A DNA stretch of 64,000 nucleotides from an uncultured Candidatus Saccharibacteria bacterium (GCA_964562505.1 CAZLTB010000002.1:1200-65199); one strand, 5' to 3'; shown: positions 7,160 to 16,406, counted from the stretch's first letter. Program-made: numbers and translations. Notes: generated by a model from the sequence alone, not told the origin.

Positions 7160-9946
7160 TTATAACACCGGCGGTAGACTAGTGATAGAATCATAGTCTC
7201 CGCTTCCTCCTGAAGGCGGCACAGCCGATTTAGTTAACCATTGCTCAGGAGTGAATATGAATATCTCAGCGGCATTGCTTGAGCTATACTGTTCGCTCGG
7301 ATTGCTGTCCTTAACAGAGCCAATGTTGCGTAACAGTTTTATACTATTAGCAACAAAGCTACCATAAACTCTCAATCGCTGATTACACAAATTGGGTCCT
7401 GAATTTCCAGCTATATGAGAATTATCGGCTTTAGTAAAACCGCCAAGATTATTGGGGTCACTGCATGTATAGATTGTACCCTTTGCTACGTATAGGCCAT
7501 CGAGCTCAGTGACCCCAGGATCAATGTATATATCGCCGGTACTTACAAGAGTAAATGATGGTATCTTACCAACCTGCCATGAGGCTGTTGAATAGGTTAT
7601 ATTACCCGTTATACGGACATTTCCGTGTACATATACAATGGCCGGAGCTGAACCGGCTACATAACTAGCGGCGCCGATTGTAGCGTTTCCGGCAGCTAAA
7701 GCATTAGCAGGCCCGAAATAGTTTGGCGGGCATGGGTTTGCGTTGAAATTGCCCCCATAAACAGAACCAAGCGCTGTAGTACCAGCAAAGGCCAATCCAC
7801 CAGGTGGTGCGGGGCTACTGGATCTGCCTGTGGCACTGGTAAATTCTTCTATCTTACCAAAGGCCATAGCCGCTAACTGTGCGGCGGCGCCCTTGCCGGT
7901 TCTATCATTAAAGCCATAGATACCGCCAAGCCCAATTCCTGCGCCCCAGCCCTTGGTTGTACAGGCACCAGGCTTGAGTGCTATTGTGTCACCGCCATAG
8001 GTACGGAAATAGGGTTTGGTCGCAGAACTTGCCGTTTGGCTGCATGATCCGCTATCAACTCCAGTACCACTAAATCTCCAGGTAATCGTAAAGGTGCCGG
8101 CCGGAGGAGCAGTAAAGTAAGGAGTCCAGTCAGATAAACCGCTTGTTTGATCATAAGGAATATCTGTATTGTTATAGCTCGGGTTTGGCGCGATAGTAAT
8201 ACTCATCTTATAGCCTGGGCGTGAAGGATTGGCTCCTTGTGCCCCTTTGTTACCATAATTAACATTTACTCTGACACGAAATTGCGTGCCTGGTTCTGGT
8301 AGACTTGGATCCATAGTGGCACTGCCGCAAGTAGCTCTGGCACAGACACCAGTAGGTTTGATCACCGAGGCGTCTTGGCCACGGCTACCGTCATACTTGA
8401 CTCCTAGAGCTTTGAGCTGGACATTATTGCTAGAAAAGCCTTTGTACTTACTAAGAGCATTAACAAAATTAAAACTATGGCTCGTGCCTGAGGTTCTTTG
8501 TGTACTTTCAAGGGTGCCGTTTACATATAGCTGCACCGTTAGCTGAGCCCCCGAATTATCCGGGTCAGAAGCTGTACCACTAGCGGTGTCGCAATTAACG
8601 TTCAAGTTAATGTTTGGCGGATTATCAGGTGGCTGTTGGACGTAAACAAAGTCATAGCCGCCATCAGCATTTCGATCTAGGTGACATCCATAGTCAAATA
8701 ATCCTCCGGCTATTTGGCATTCATAAGTGGGCCAACCTCCAGGGTAGTTACAATAACCGGTATAGGGTGGTCCGCCGTAGCCAGAACAGCTTGAATATCC
8801 TGGCCCCCATGGACGGACGAATGGGCCGTCAAAACCTGCGGGCGCCCCGCCTGTACGCAGACAAAAGCCAGTACCTGGGGTTATACCACTCCAGGTAAAG
8901 AAACCGTTCCCATCGGTTACTAGATTAGTATTTGTACAGGTTGCAACTGTCGCCCCTACTACATCGCCTAATCTGTTGCCGCTCCTGTCAACCTTGAAGA
9001 TGTGCCCTTGGATTGTGGCCCGTTGAACATAGACGAAGTCATAGCCTTCATCCCAGTTACGATCTAGGTGACATCCATAGTCAAATAATCCTCCGGCTAT
9101 TTGGCATTCATAGGTTGGAGATGCGCAGTGCCCACTATATGGAGGCCCCACAAAACCTGGGCAGCTTGAATAATTCTCTGACCATGGACGGACGAATGGG
9201 CCGTCAAAACCTGCGGGCGCCCCGCCTGTACGCAGACAAAAGCCATCACCTTGGGTTATCCCCGGCCAGTTAAAGAAACCATTGCCATCCGTTATTAGAT
9301 TAGCGTTTGTACAGGTTGCAACTGTCGCCCCAGCCACGCCTCCTAAGTAGTTGCCACCACCATCGACTTTATAGATGTGCCCTCGGATAGTTGATGTAGG
9401 CCGAGGTACAAAGGTGTAATTAACGCAGACGTCCCACCATCCATCGCCCGATGTTTCTCCACTGCCAGTATATCTACCATCACCGTTATAATCGGCTTGT
9501 GCGTAAAAATGGAGCCTCCAGCAATTAAGACCATCTGACAAATTAGTCATATTAACCGGCTGTGTTTGTGCGGGTGTAGAGACGTCCCTACCACTCAGGC
9601 TGCCCATGCCAAAATCTCTGGGCACTTGTGTATTAAAAGCCCCCGTACCTTGGATGGTTTCAACCCCAGTAAAATGAATTATTATTCCTCCTGCAAAACT
9701 GTAAGGTGCGTTATAGCATATATGTGACTGTGCATAGAGCGTAGTTGGTGCAGTACGGTCAGAACTAGATACATCTGAGGGATTAGGGTACAGGGCATGT
9801 ATTGTTTTACCGCCTGGCTGATTACAGTAATAGTTCCAGTCCGGGTCGGCATAGACGTGACCACCGCTACGCAATACAAAAGCTGCTATAAAAAGACTGA
9901 AAAACATCAGGCTGATCAATAATGGTTTACGTCTAAAGAATTTCAT
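7160..9946 (-). CDS. Large secreted protein with two tandem CarboxypepD_reg-like/Cys-rich modules and a beta-helix-like C-terminal region
   Basis: 928 aa with signal peptide MKFFRRKPLLISLMFFSLFIAAFVLRSGGHVYA. It has two ~125-129 aa repeats (IRGHIYKVDGGG...YDFVYVQ and IQGHIFKVDRSG...YDFVYVQ). The Gly/Asn-rich C-terminal half contains VYVHGNVRITGNITY and GDIYIDPGVTELDGLYV. Confidence 0.85.
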   Translation of the reverse strand: MKFFRRKPLLISLMFFSLFIAAFVLRSGGHVYADPDWNYYCNQPGGKTIHALYPNPSDVSSSDRTAPTTLYAQSHICYNAPYSFAGGIIIHFTGVETIQGTGAFNTQVPRDFGMGSLSGRDVSTPAQTQPVNMTNLSDGLNCWRLHFYAQADYNGDGRYTGSGETSGDGWWDVCVNYTFVPRPTSTIRGHIYKVDGGGNYLGGVAGATVATCTNANLITDGNGFFNWPGITQGDGFCLRTGGAPAGFDGPFVRPWSENYSSCPGFVGPPYSGHCASPTYECQIAGGLFDYGCHLDRNWDEGYDFVYVQRATIQGHIFKVDRSGNRLGDVVGATVATCTNTNLVTDGNGFFTWSGITPGTGFCLRTGGAPAGFDGPFVRPWGPGYSSCSGYGGPPYTGYCNYPGGWPTYECQIAGGLFDYGCHLDRNADGGYDFVYVQQPPDNPPNINLNVNCDTASGTASDPDNSGAQLTVQLYVNGTLESTQRTSGTSHSFNFVNALSKYKGFSSNNVQLKALGVKYDGSRGQDASVIKPTGVCARATCGSATMDPSLPEPGTQFRVRVNVNYGNKGAQGANPSRPGYKMSITIAPNPSYNNTDIPYDQTSGLSDWTPYFTAPPAGTFTITWRFSGTGVDSGSCSQTASSATKPYFRTYGGDTIALKPGACTTKGWGAGIGLGGIYGFNDRTGKGAAAQLAAMAFGKIEEFTSATGRSSSPAPPGGLAFAGTTALGSVYGGNFNANPCPPNYFGPANALAAGNATIGAASYVAGSAPAIVYVHGNVRITGNITYSTASWQVGKIPSFTLVSTGDIYIDPGVTELDGLYVAKGTIYTCSDPNNLGGFTKADNSHIAGNSGPNLCNQRLRVYGSFVANSIKLLRNIGSVKDSNPSEQYSSSNAAEIFIFTPEQWLTKSAVPPSGGSGDYDSITSLPPVL
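8633..9388 (-). repeat. Intragenic in-frame tandem duplication (two ~375-387 bp units)
   Basis: Long near-identical DNA stretches recur 387 bp apart. Examples are gatctaggtgacatccatagtcaaataatcctccggctatttggcattcata at about 8674 and 9061, and ggacggacgaatgggccgtcaaaacctgcgggcgccccgcctgtacgcagacaaaagcc at about 8811 and 9186. Confidence 0.9.
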
Positions 9947-9954
9947 AATTCTAA

Positions 9955-10281
9955 CTAGCCTGTCCTCGCTGGTTTAGGTGGTCCACCTTTTGAGCCTGGA
10001 GGTGGCGTTTCATAAATCTTTACTTTGCCGTCTGGCGGTTTGGAATTGGGTTTTGGATTTGCAGGTACTGGCTGTCTTTTTGCGGGAGAAAGAGGGCCCA
10101 ACTTATTATTGTCGTAGAGCCATTTGCTTCCATAAGCCAATCCTCCAACCAAAACTAAAATTACCACCATTAGCAAAAAACTTCTGCGGCCTTTGCCCAA
10201 GCTGGAATGAATAGCTTGGTCAGAGGCACTCTTTACTGGAGTATTTGATTTAGAGGAGTCAGAGTGTTCTTTTTTCTTCAT
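9955..10281 (-). CDS. Small Pro/Lys-rich single-pass membrane protein
   Basis: ORF with one TM helix (FLLMVVILVLVGGLAYG), ending 8 nt before the 928-aa gene. The ATG at 10281 is preferred over the TTG at 10293. Confidence 0.5.
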   Translation of the reverse strand: MKKKEHSDSSKSNTPVKSASDQAIHSSLGKGRRSFLLMVVILVLVGGLAYGSKWLYDNNKLGPLSPAKRQPVPANPKPNSKPPDGKVKIYETPPPGSKGGPPKPARTG

Positions 10282-10413
10282 TGTATACGGCAACCCGCTT
10301 TTGCTTACATAGTACTAGGTGTCAGTCAGGTATGCAATTACAACTTTAAAAATCAATAAGCCCCGTTACGCTTTCAGTCAGAATTAAATCCTTCTCTGCT
10401 AAAATTACAGGGT

Positions 10414-11490
10414 ATGTCAACACTCTCGATAGGAATAATTGGTCTACCGAACGTCGGAAAGTCCACGCTCTTCAATGCATTGACGAATAATAACATTCTG
10501 GCCGCCAATTACCCTTTTGCAACAATTGAACCCAACACCGGGATTGTGCCAATTCCGGATAACAGACTTAGGAAACTTGCAGAGCTTTATAACGCTCAAA
10601 AAATTGTGCCAGCCGCTGTGACTTTTATTGATATTGCTGGACTGGTAGCTGGAGCCAGCCAAGGTGAAGGCCTGGGTAATCAGTTCTTAGCCAATATTCG
10701 CAGCTGCAAGGCTATATGCCATGTAGTAAGAACTTTTCACGATTCAGATGTGGTTCATGTGGATCAAAATCATGACCCACAAAAAGATATAGATATAATA
10801 AACACAGAGTTGGTCTTGGCCGATTTACAAACTGTCGAGAAACGCTTGCCGACTTTACAAAAAGAAGCAAAAGCGGATTCAAAGCTTTGGCCGGAAGTAA
10901 AAGCTTTGGAGCAAGCCAAAATTCTCCTCGACAGTAATATTCCCCTTTTTGGTCGCTCTGAACTTAAAACTCTTAACTCACAGCTCCAGCTGCTGACGGC
11001 AAAGCCAGTTATATATCTGTTCAATTTAGGTGAGGAAGATTTGCGAAATGTCTCACTGAAGGAAAAGTTAAAAAAGCTGGTGGCTCCTTCTCGGGCTATC
11101 TTTGTAAGCGCAAAACTTGAAGATGAGTTAAAGGATCTTGATGAGATGGATCGTCAAGAATTACTTGCTAGTTATGGTGTTGAAGAATCGGGTCTTATAA
11201 AAGTAATTCACTCAGCCTACGACACACTAGGCCTACAAAGTTTTCTAACAGCTGGCGAGAAAGAAGTTCGAGCTTGGACAATTCCAAAAGGTGTGACTGC
11301 ACCACAAGCTGCTGGTGCAATACATAGCGATTTCGAACACGGCTTTATTGCTGCTCAAGTAGTGGACTATAATGAACTGATCGAGACTGGTTCAGAATCA
11401 GCAGCGCGGGCAGCTGGCAAGATTCGAACAGAAGGCAAAGATTATGTTATGAAGCCAGACGATGTTGTTGAATTCCGGTTCAATGTTTAG
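10414..11490 (+). CDS. ychF: Ribosome-binding ATPase YchF
   Basis: 358 aa with the G1 motif GLPNVGKSTLFNALT, a TGS-like C-terminus and full-length YchF architecture. Confidence 0.95.
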   Translation: MSTLSIGIIGLPNVGKSTLFNALTNNNILAANYPFATIEPNTGIVPIPDNRLRKLAELYNAQKIVPAAVTFIDIAGLVAGASQGEGLGNQFLANIRSCKAICHVVRTFHDSDVVHVDQNHDPQKDIDIINTELVLADLQTVEKRLPTLQKEAKADSKLWPEVKALEQAKILLDSNIPLFGRSELKTLNSQLQLLTAKPVIYLFNLGEEDLRNVSLKEKLKKLVAPSRAIFVSAKLEDELKDLDEMDRQELLASYGVEESGLIKVIHSAYDTLGLQSFLTAGEKEVRAWTIPKGVTAPQAAGAIHSDFEHGFIAAQVVDYNELIETGSESAARAAGKIRTEGKDYVMKPDDVVEFRFNV

Positions 11491-12163
11491 TTGAAAAAGT
11501 TACCTTGCCTTTATCCCAATTGATTGGTGTATTGCGAATAATTTTAAATACCGAATCTATATCAGGTATGGTGTTGTCTTCGTAATAATGGTTTGTGTTG
11601 ACGAAGTTCTCAACCACACTTAAACAATGTATTTCGTCAGCAAACAGATGCATTCTGTCAACTGCCTCAGTACTAGCTACCGGTGTGGCAGCAATTAATT
11701 TCTTTACCTTAACTGGTTTTAGAAACTCTGCGGCAACAGCTAATGAAAAGCCATTATTGAGACCATCAGACACCACTATTATCGTATGGTGCCGTAATAG
11801 TTCGCGTTTAATCTCACCTCCTGTACCGAGCAGACGGTGTAGTTTGCTCAATTTTTCGAGGCGTTGGCCTTCAATGTATGTGAAATATTCGCCGACAAAT
11901 TCTTCGATCTGCCCGGTCGAAAACATATCATTATAAGTCAACATATTGCTCGACGATACGGCTCCAAGAGCATTGGGCTCACCTGGTAAAAAAACATTTT
12001 CCGTCAGCAAAATAGTTATCCCAGCATGAATTTTCATAGCAATTTGCGCCCCTATAATTGCCGCTCCTGGGGTAAGGGCAACGATTGTACAATTCTGGAG
12101 TTGGTATTGTATTAGTTCAGCTGCAAGCTTTCGACCCGCCTCAGCTCGGTTATAGAAATACAT
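11480..12163 (-). CDS. Phosphoribosyltransferase-like protein (COG1926-like)
   Basis: 227 aa. Type I PRTase-like fold with the PRPP-loop-like stretch HTIIVVSDGLNNGFSLAVAA, which is partly degenerate relative to VDDGxxTG. Confidence 0.55.
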   Translation of the reverse strand: MYFYNRAEAGRKLAAELIQYQLQNCTIVALTPGAAIIGAQIAMKIHAGITILLTENVFLPGEPNALGAVSSSNMLTYNDMFSTGQIEEFVGEYFTYIEGQRLEKLSKLHRLLGTGGEIKRELLRHHTIIVVSDGLNNGFSLAVAAEFLKPVKVKKLIAATPVASTEAVDRMHLFADEIHCLSVVENFVNTNHYYEDNTIPDIDSVFKIIRNTPINWDKGKVTFSTKH

Positions 12164-12201
12164 GACTGAAGCTCAGTGTAGCACAAAGGTAGTGTTTACT
12201 T

Positions 12202-12921
12202 TTAAAGTTTTTTAAGCAAATAAAACCGCTCTTGATTGCCTTTCGCCCCAGTAATCTTTGAATCTAGCTTGTCTGCTATTTTGAACAAATTTTTTATCCA
12301 ATGTTCAAAATCTTTAAGAATCTGGCGACGCATATTTTCATTTTTTATAACCCCTTTGTGCTTTAGACTAGGTCCCGTTTCAAACTGCGGCTTTACCATA
12401 GCAACCACTTCTGTATTTGAGTGGATTAATTCAGTAATACTTGGAAGAATTTCCCGAAGACTTATAAATGAGACATCGATAAGCACAATATCCGGACTAT
12501 CTGACAATCTTCCAATTTGCCGGATATCAGTTTGTTCATGTAGTTCAATTCTTGCATCGTCTCGCAAAGTCGGATGAAGCTGGTTACTACCGACGTCAAC
12601 AGCTATAACCTTCTTAGCACCATGCTGTAGTGCATAGTCGGTAAATCCGCCCGTACTACTGCCTATATCAAGTATGATCTTATTTTGAAATACCAGTCCT
12701 AAGGAATCACTAACGCTCGCTAGTTTTAGTGCAGCCCGACTTACGTAGCGCTCATCGGAAATCATTGCAATTTTATCTTTCTCGCTAACCAGGAGGCCGG
12801 GCTTCAGCTCTACTCTCTTATTGACCCTTACACTCCCTAGTTTTATGTAGTTTTCAGCTTGGCTTCTAGTTGACACCAGCCCACGACTTACCATTACCTG
12901 GTCTAGTCGTTGTTTGTTCAT
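12202..12921 (-). CDS. tlyA: TlyA-family rRNA (cytidine-2'-O)-methyltransferase
   Basis: 239 aa with an N-terminal S4 domain (RLDQVMVSRGLVSTRSQAENYI) and an FtsJ-type SAM site (LDIGSSTGGFTDYAL). Confidence 0.85.
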   Translation of the reverse strand: MNKQRLDQVMVSRGLVSTRSQAENYIKLGSVRVNKRVELKPGLLVSEKDKIAMISDERYVSRAALKLASVSDSLGLVFQNKIILDIGSSTGGFTDYALQHGAKKVIAVDVGSNQLHPTLRDDARIELHEQTDIRQIGRLSDSPDIVLIDVSFISLREILPSITELIHSNTEVVAMVKPQFETGPSLKHKGVIKNENMRRQILKDFEHWIKNLFKIADKLDSKITGAKGNQERFYLLKKL

Positions 12922-12925
12922 AGAC

Positions 12926-13489
12926 CTACTTGACTCTTTCGCGATAAGCGCCCGTCACAGTATCTATAGATATAAGATCGCCGCTTTTTACGAAAGCAGG
13001 TACCCGAATGCTAATGCCAGTCTCTAATTTGGCGTCCTTCAGGACAGAGTTTGCAGTATCGCCCTTAACTACATCCTCAGTATAAGTGACTTTAAGGGGG
13101 ACGTTCTTGGGTAGCTCTATATTTATAACTCGGCCGTCGAATAGCTGCGCCTGTACGCTGTCGCCTTCTTTCATATAGCCACTTTTGTCGCCCATATCAC
13201 TTGCTGGAAGTTCAAATTGCTCATAAGTATTTTCATCCATAAAAAAGAAGCTAGTAGCGTCACTATATAGATACTGTACTTTTTTATTGGTAACATCAGC
13301 CGGCTCAATGGATTCATTGCCTTTAAACGTTTTATCCAGCACCTTACCGTCAATTAAACTTTTGATTTTAACGTTCACAATTGAGCCACCACGTCCCATG
13401 ACCTTTTGAGCATATTCAACTACACGGTAAGGTATACCATCAAGTTGAAAAATCTGTCCTTTTTTAAGATCTGTTACACCGAGAGCCAT
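12926..13489 (-). CDS. efp: Elongation factor P
   Basis: 187 aa, colinear with E. coli EF-P over its full length. The loop tip reads VMGRGGS, with Arg at the Lys34-equivalent position. Confidence 0.95.
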   Translation of the reverse strand: MALGVTDLKKGQIFQLDGIPYRVVEYAQKVMGRGGSIVNVKIKSLIDGKVLDKTFKGNESIEPADVTNKKVQYLYSDATSFFFMDENTYEQFELPASDMGDKSGYMKEGDSVQAQLFDGRVINIELPKNVPLKVTYTEDVVKGDTANSVLKDAKLETGISIRVPAFVKSGDLISIDTVTGAYRERVK

Positions 13490-13497
13490 AATCTGCC

Positions 13498-13701
13498 TCA
13501 GTTACTTGCAACAAACGGCAATAGTGCAATGTGACGGGCACGTTTTATAGCTACTGCTAAACGCCTTTGCTCGTGCTCTCTGAGGCCGGTTTTTTTGCGA
13601 CTTTCAATCTGGCCGAATTGGTTGACATAGCGTTGCAGGGTTTTAAAGTCCTTGTAGTCAAAATACGCTACGTCAGTTCTAGGTTTAAAAATCTTCGCCA
13701 T
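13498..13701 (-). CDS. rpsR: 30S ribosomal protein S18
   Basis: 67 aa containing YFDYKDFKTLQRYVNQFGQIESRKKTGL...RRLAVAIKRARHIALLPF. Confidence 0.95.
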   Translation of the reverse strand: MAKIFKPRTDVAYFDYKDFKTLQRYVNQFGQIESRKKTGLREHEQRRLAVAIKRARHIALLPFVASN

Positions 13702-13709
13702 ACTTCTCC

Positions 13710-14192
13710 TTAAAATGGTATGTCATCGAGATTGATTGGCTCATCACCAATGTCCTCAATAACTACGTCTTCTTTACTTGGCTTTTTAGTGGGTTTTGGC
13801 GTGTCTGTTGTTGACGCATCTTCATTACCAGTAGCAGTAGCATTATCACTACCGCCACCGCCCCGGCTATCGAGAAAAGTAACATCATTAGCCAGAACTT
13901 CAACTTTGCTACGCTTGTTTCCGTCTTGTTCCCAACTACGACTTTGCAGGCGACCTTGAACTAGACAACGCCGGCCCTTAGTCAAATATTGTGCAACTCT
14001 CTCGGCCAGAGGTCCCCAGGCTACAATATCAATGTAGTCAGTAGCCTCTTGCCATTCACCGCTAGAATCTTTATAGCTACGGTTTAAAGCCAGGCTAAAG
14101 CTGCAGACATTTTGTCCGTTGGGTGTTTGTCTAAGCTCAGGATCTCGGGTTAAATTACCCATTAAAGTTACTTGATTTAAACTACGTGCCAT
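13710..14192 (-). CDS. ssb: Single-stranded DNA-binding protein
   Basis: 160 aa with an OB fold (LNQVTLMGNLTRDPELRQTPNG), a Gly-rich linker and the acidic tip DDIPF. Confidence 0.95.
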   Translation of the reverse strand: MARSLNQVTLMGNLTRDPELRQTPNGQNVCSFSLALNRSYKDSSGEWQEATDYIDIVAWGPLAERVAQYLTKGRRCLVQGRLQSRSWEQDGNKRSKVEVLANDVTFLDSRGGGGSDNATATGNEDASTTDTPKPTKKPSKEDVVIEDIGDEPINLDDIPF

Positions 14193-14285
14193 GTGGCATT
14201 CCTCCTTATAAGAACTATGTCTTTAAAGTTTATTAAGTACTTATACCCTACTGCTAAGTGAATCCATGAGTCAAGCAATACCATT

Positions 14286-14675
14286 TTAGTCCTCAGTATC
14301 TTCTTCATCATCTTCATCTTCTGCTTGATCGCCTCGATCTGCTGCCTTCTTAGCTTTTTCGTCCTTAGCAGCCTCAGCTTTAGCAATGGCCTTCAGATCA
14401 GGTCGTACTATGAGGTATCTGATGACTTCATCAGTTATATTGAGAGTACTTTCTAATTTCTTAACGTTTTCACCCGGTAGCTCAATCGTATAGAAAACAT
14501 ATACGGCATAGTCCTGGTGTTTTATGGGATAAGCAAGCTTGCGTTTTCCCCAATTATCGGTACCTGTAATTTTGCCACCATTATCGGTAACAATTTTGTT
14601 CACTCGTTCCTCGGCTTTTGATAAATCTACTTCGAGGTCGGGGTGATACAATACGGCAATTTCGTATTGGTTCAA
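14286..14675 (-). CDS. rpsF: 30S ribosomal protein S6 (acidic C-terminal tail)
   Basis: 129 aa with N-terminus MNQYEIAVLYHPDLE, in rpsF-ssb-rpsR synteny. Confidence 0.93.
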   Translation of the reverse strand: MNQYEIAVLYHPDLEVDLSKAEERVNKIVTDNGGKITGTDNWGKRKLAYPIKHQDYAVYVFYTIELPGENVKKLESTLNITDEVIRYLIVRPDLKAIAKAEAAKDEKAKKAADRGDQAEDEDDEEDTED

Positions 14676-14755
14676 TATGAACTCCTTCCTTTGGTCTTAT
14701 GGGCTACTCGCTCTAAAGAATGCAGTAACCTGAAGCTTAAGTTTAAGCTCACGTT

Positions 14756-14784
14756 ATTTTACTTTATTTACCTCTGTTAGTCAA
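14756..14784 (-). promoter_or_regulatory. Candidate sigma-70 promoter for rpsF-ssb-rpsR
   Basis: On the minus strand it reads TTGACT, a 17-nt spacer, then TAAAAT. It lies about 80 nt upstream of the rpsF ATG. Confidence 0.4.
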
Positions 14785-14837
14785 CATGGGTTAACTTCTA
14801 AACATCGTTAAAGCAATCTTTTAGTTTTGATTGCTAT

Positions 14838-16406
14838 CTAGCCGCCTCTTATCTTGGATAAATAGTCAGAGAGTGTCGACACTTGTTGACTGCGGTAGCG
14901 TCGATACAGAAAGAAAAGAACCACAAATACAATCACTGCTAAGCCTAATAGTACTTCTACGATTTTGATAATCGGTGAGGTATGCTTTATCTTCCCCATT
15001 GCCACAAATGTGTTGCCATTACTTAGTTCAAAGGTGTCGATATGTTTTTTAGAATCGTGCGCCGATAAAGTAAGATGTTGCCATTTATTGTTATAGCCAT
15101 AATAATCGAATTTGCTTATGCCCTTTACGGGTAATAGTTTCCATTGCACGCGAAGTGGTTTGGTAAACTGAGAAATCAGACTACCGTCGCCTTTTTTGCA
15201 AATCACCTGATAAGGACCACTGATTGCCTTGTAGCCATCAATATCAGGTGATAGAACTTCATTATTTGTTGCTATATCACACTGAGCATCATCAGATAAT
15301 GCTCCAGCTGGTATAGAAATAGTAATGGAAAGCTTGTCGCTGTGAAGCTCAGAATCCTTGTCTTTAAAAGCATTGCTCGAAAAGCCCGGTGTGGTGACAT
15401 CAGCTGTGGTGTAGTCAGAGTAGTTGTTGCTTGTGTCAATGGCCCGGATTCTATAAAAGTAATGGGTATTAAAAAGCGTGTCGCTATCTGTATATGATGT
15501 TTCATTGAAATTAGCCTGTAAAGAAGTCCAAGCTTGTTGGTCCAAAGAGCGCTCAAGTTCATATCCACTTATACCCGTGTCATCAGTGGAAGCCTCCCAA
15601 CTTAAGGCCACATAAGGTTTGCCGCTATCACTTGTAGCTTGAAAATTAGTAGGTGTTGAGGGTGGTGTTGAATCAGATGAACTAATTGATGCAGACGCAT
15701 TTCCGCTACCTGCTCCGGAGCTTTGCAAAGGGGGATTTGAAGGAGCTCGATTAGATGAAGTCCCGCCTGAATTTGGAGGTGATGGAGTTGGTGTTGGGGG
15801 CGGTGGTGTCGGAGAGGGTTTAGGTTGAGGTGGAGGAGGAGGCGGGCTAGTATTATTTGAGCCATACCAGCCAATACCTTCATAAGTCCATCCATTCTTG
15901 ACAGCCGTGTCTCTTTCACTAGAGCTAATAGTAAATAGATGGCAGCCGGTGCATGGTTTTTCGGCAATTCGGTAAACCGGCACAGAGTCGTAGCGATTAC
16001 TGGGACATGCATAAAAGCCAATCCCTTCATCGGTCCAGCCAGCGCTAATAAGATTTCTGTACTCAGTATAGTTAGTTGTGAAGTGGTGAACATTATCACC
16101 AGGATGATCTATCCTGTATACCGGCAAACCTCCACTGTTCGAGGAACAAGCATAAAAATTTATACCCTCATATGAGTAGCCCGAATATTTAGCTGCGTTA
16201 TCACGTTCCGTGGGGTTAGTAGTATATAAATGATCCGTCGTGGAAGGATGATACAGTCTATATACCGGATGAGTATCGGTTGCCGCACGAGTGATTAGAA
16301 GAAGCACCGCTCCTGCACCGGCAAAAACCAAAACAAATAACAATCGTGTAATGGCTTTAGATTTGAGCGGCGAATTTTTGCGGTTGGCCGATCTTTTTGT
16401 TTTCAT
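14838..16406 (-). CDS. Membrane-anchored surface protein: 3x DUF5648-like repeats, Pro-rich linker, FN3 domain, C-terminal TM anchor
   Basis: 522 aa with an N-terminal signal/TM. It has three copies of PVYR(L/I)..P....H(L/F)(Y/F)T....E.......GW..EGIGFYA. These are followed by PPPPPPQPKPSPTPPPPTPTPSPP, an FN3-like segment (ALSWEASTDDTGISGYELERS...YFYRIRAID) and a C-terminal TM helix. Confidence 0.8.
   Translation of the reverse strand: MKTKRSANRKNSPLKSKAITRLLFVLVFAGAGAVLLLITRAATDTHPVYRLYHPSTTDHLYTTNPTERDNAAKYSGYSYEGINFYACSSNSGGLPVYRIDHPGDNVHHFTTNYTEYRNLISAGWTDEGIGFYACPSNRYDSVPVYRIAEKPCTGCHLFTISSSERDTAVKNGWTYEGIGWYGSNNTSPPPPPPQPKPSPTPPPPTPTPSPPNSGGTSSNRAPSNPPLQSSGAGSGNASASISSSDSTPPSTPTNFQATSDSGKPYVALSWEASTDDTGISGYELERSLDQQAWTSLQANFNETSYTDSDTLFNTHYFYRIRAIDTSNNYSDYTTADVTTPGFSSNAFKDKDSELHSDKLSITISIPAGALSDDAQCDIATNNEVLSPDIDGYKAISGPYQVICKKGDGSLISQFTKPLRVQWKLLPVKGISKFDYYGYNNKWQHLTLSAHDSKKHIDTFELSNGNTFVAMGKIKHTSPIIKIVEVLLGLAVIVFVVLFFLYRRYRSQQVSTLSDYLSKIRGG

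Noticed and set aside
8614-9273. Two similar plus-strand ORFs (94 and 86 aa) that might have looked like a repeated small gene or mobile element.
   Set aside because: They are the antisense shadow of the in-frame tandem domain duplication inside the 928-aa minus-strand gene. There are no terminal inverted repeats, no transposase and no independent starts or SDs.
11480-12163. PRTase-like protein with an altered PRPP loop (SDGLNNG instead of DDGxxTG), considered as another pseudoenzyme.
   Set aside because: This COG1926-like family is divergent, and I cannot establish by eye which residues are essential. The evidence is too weak to report as a finding.
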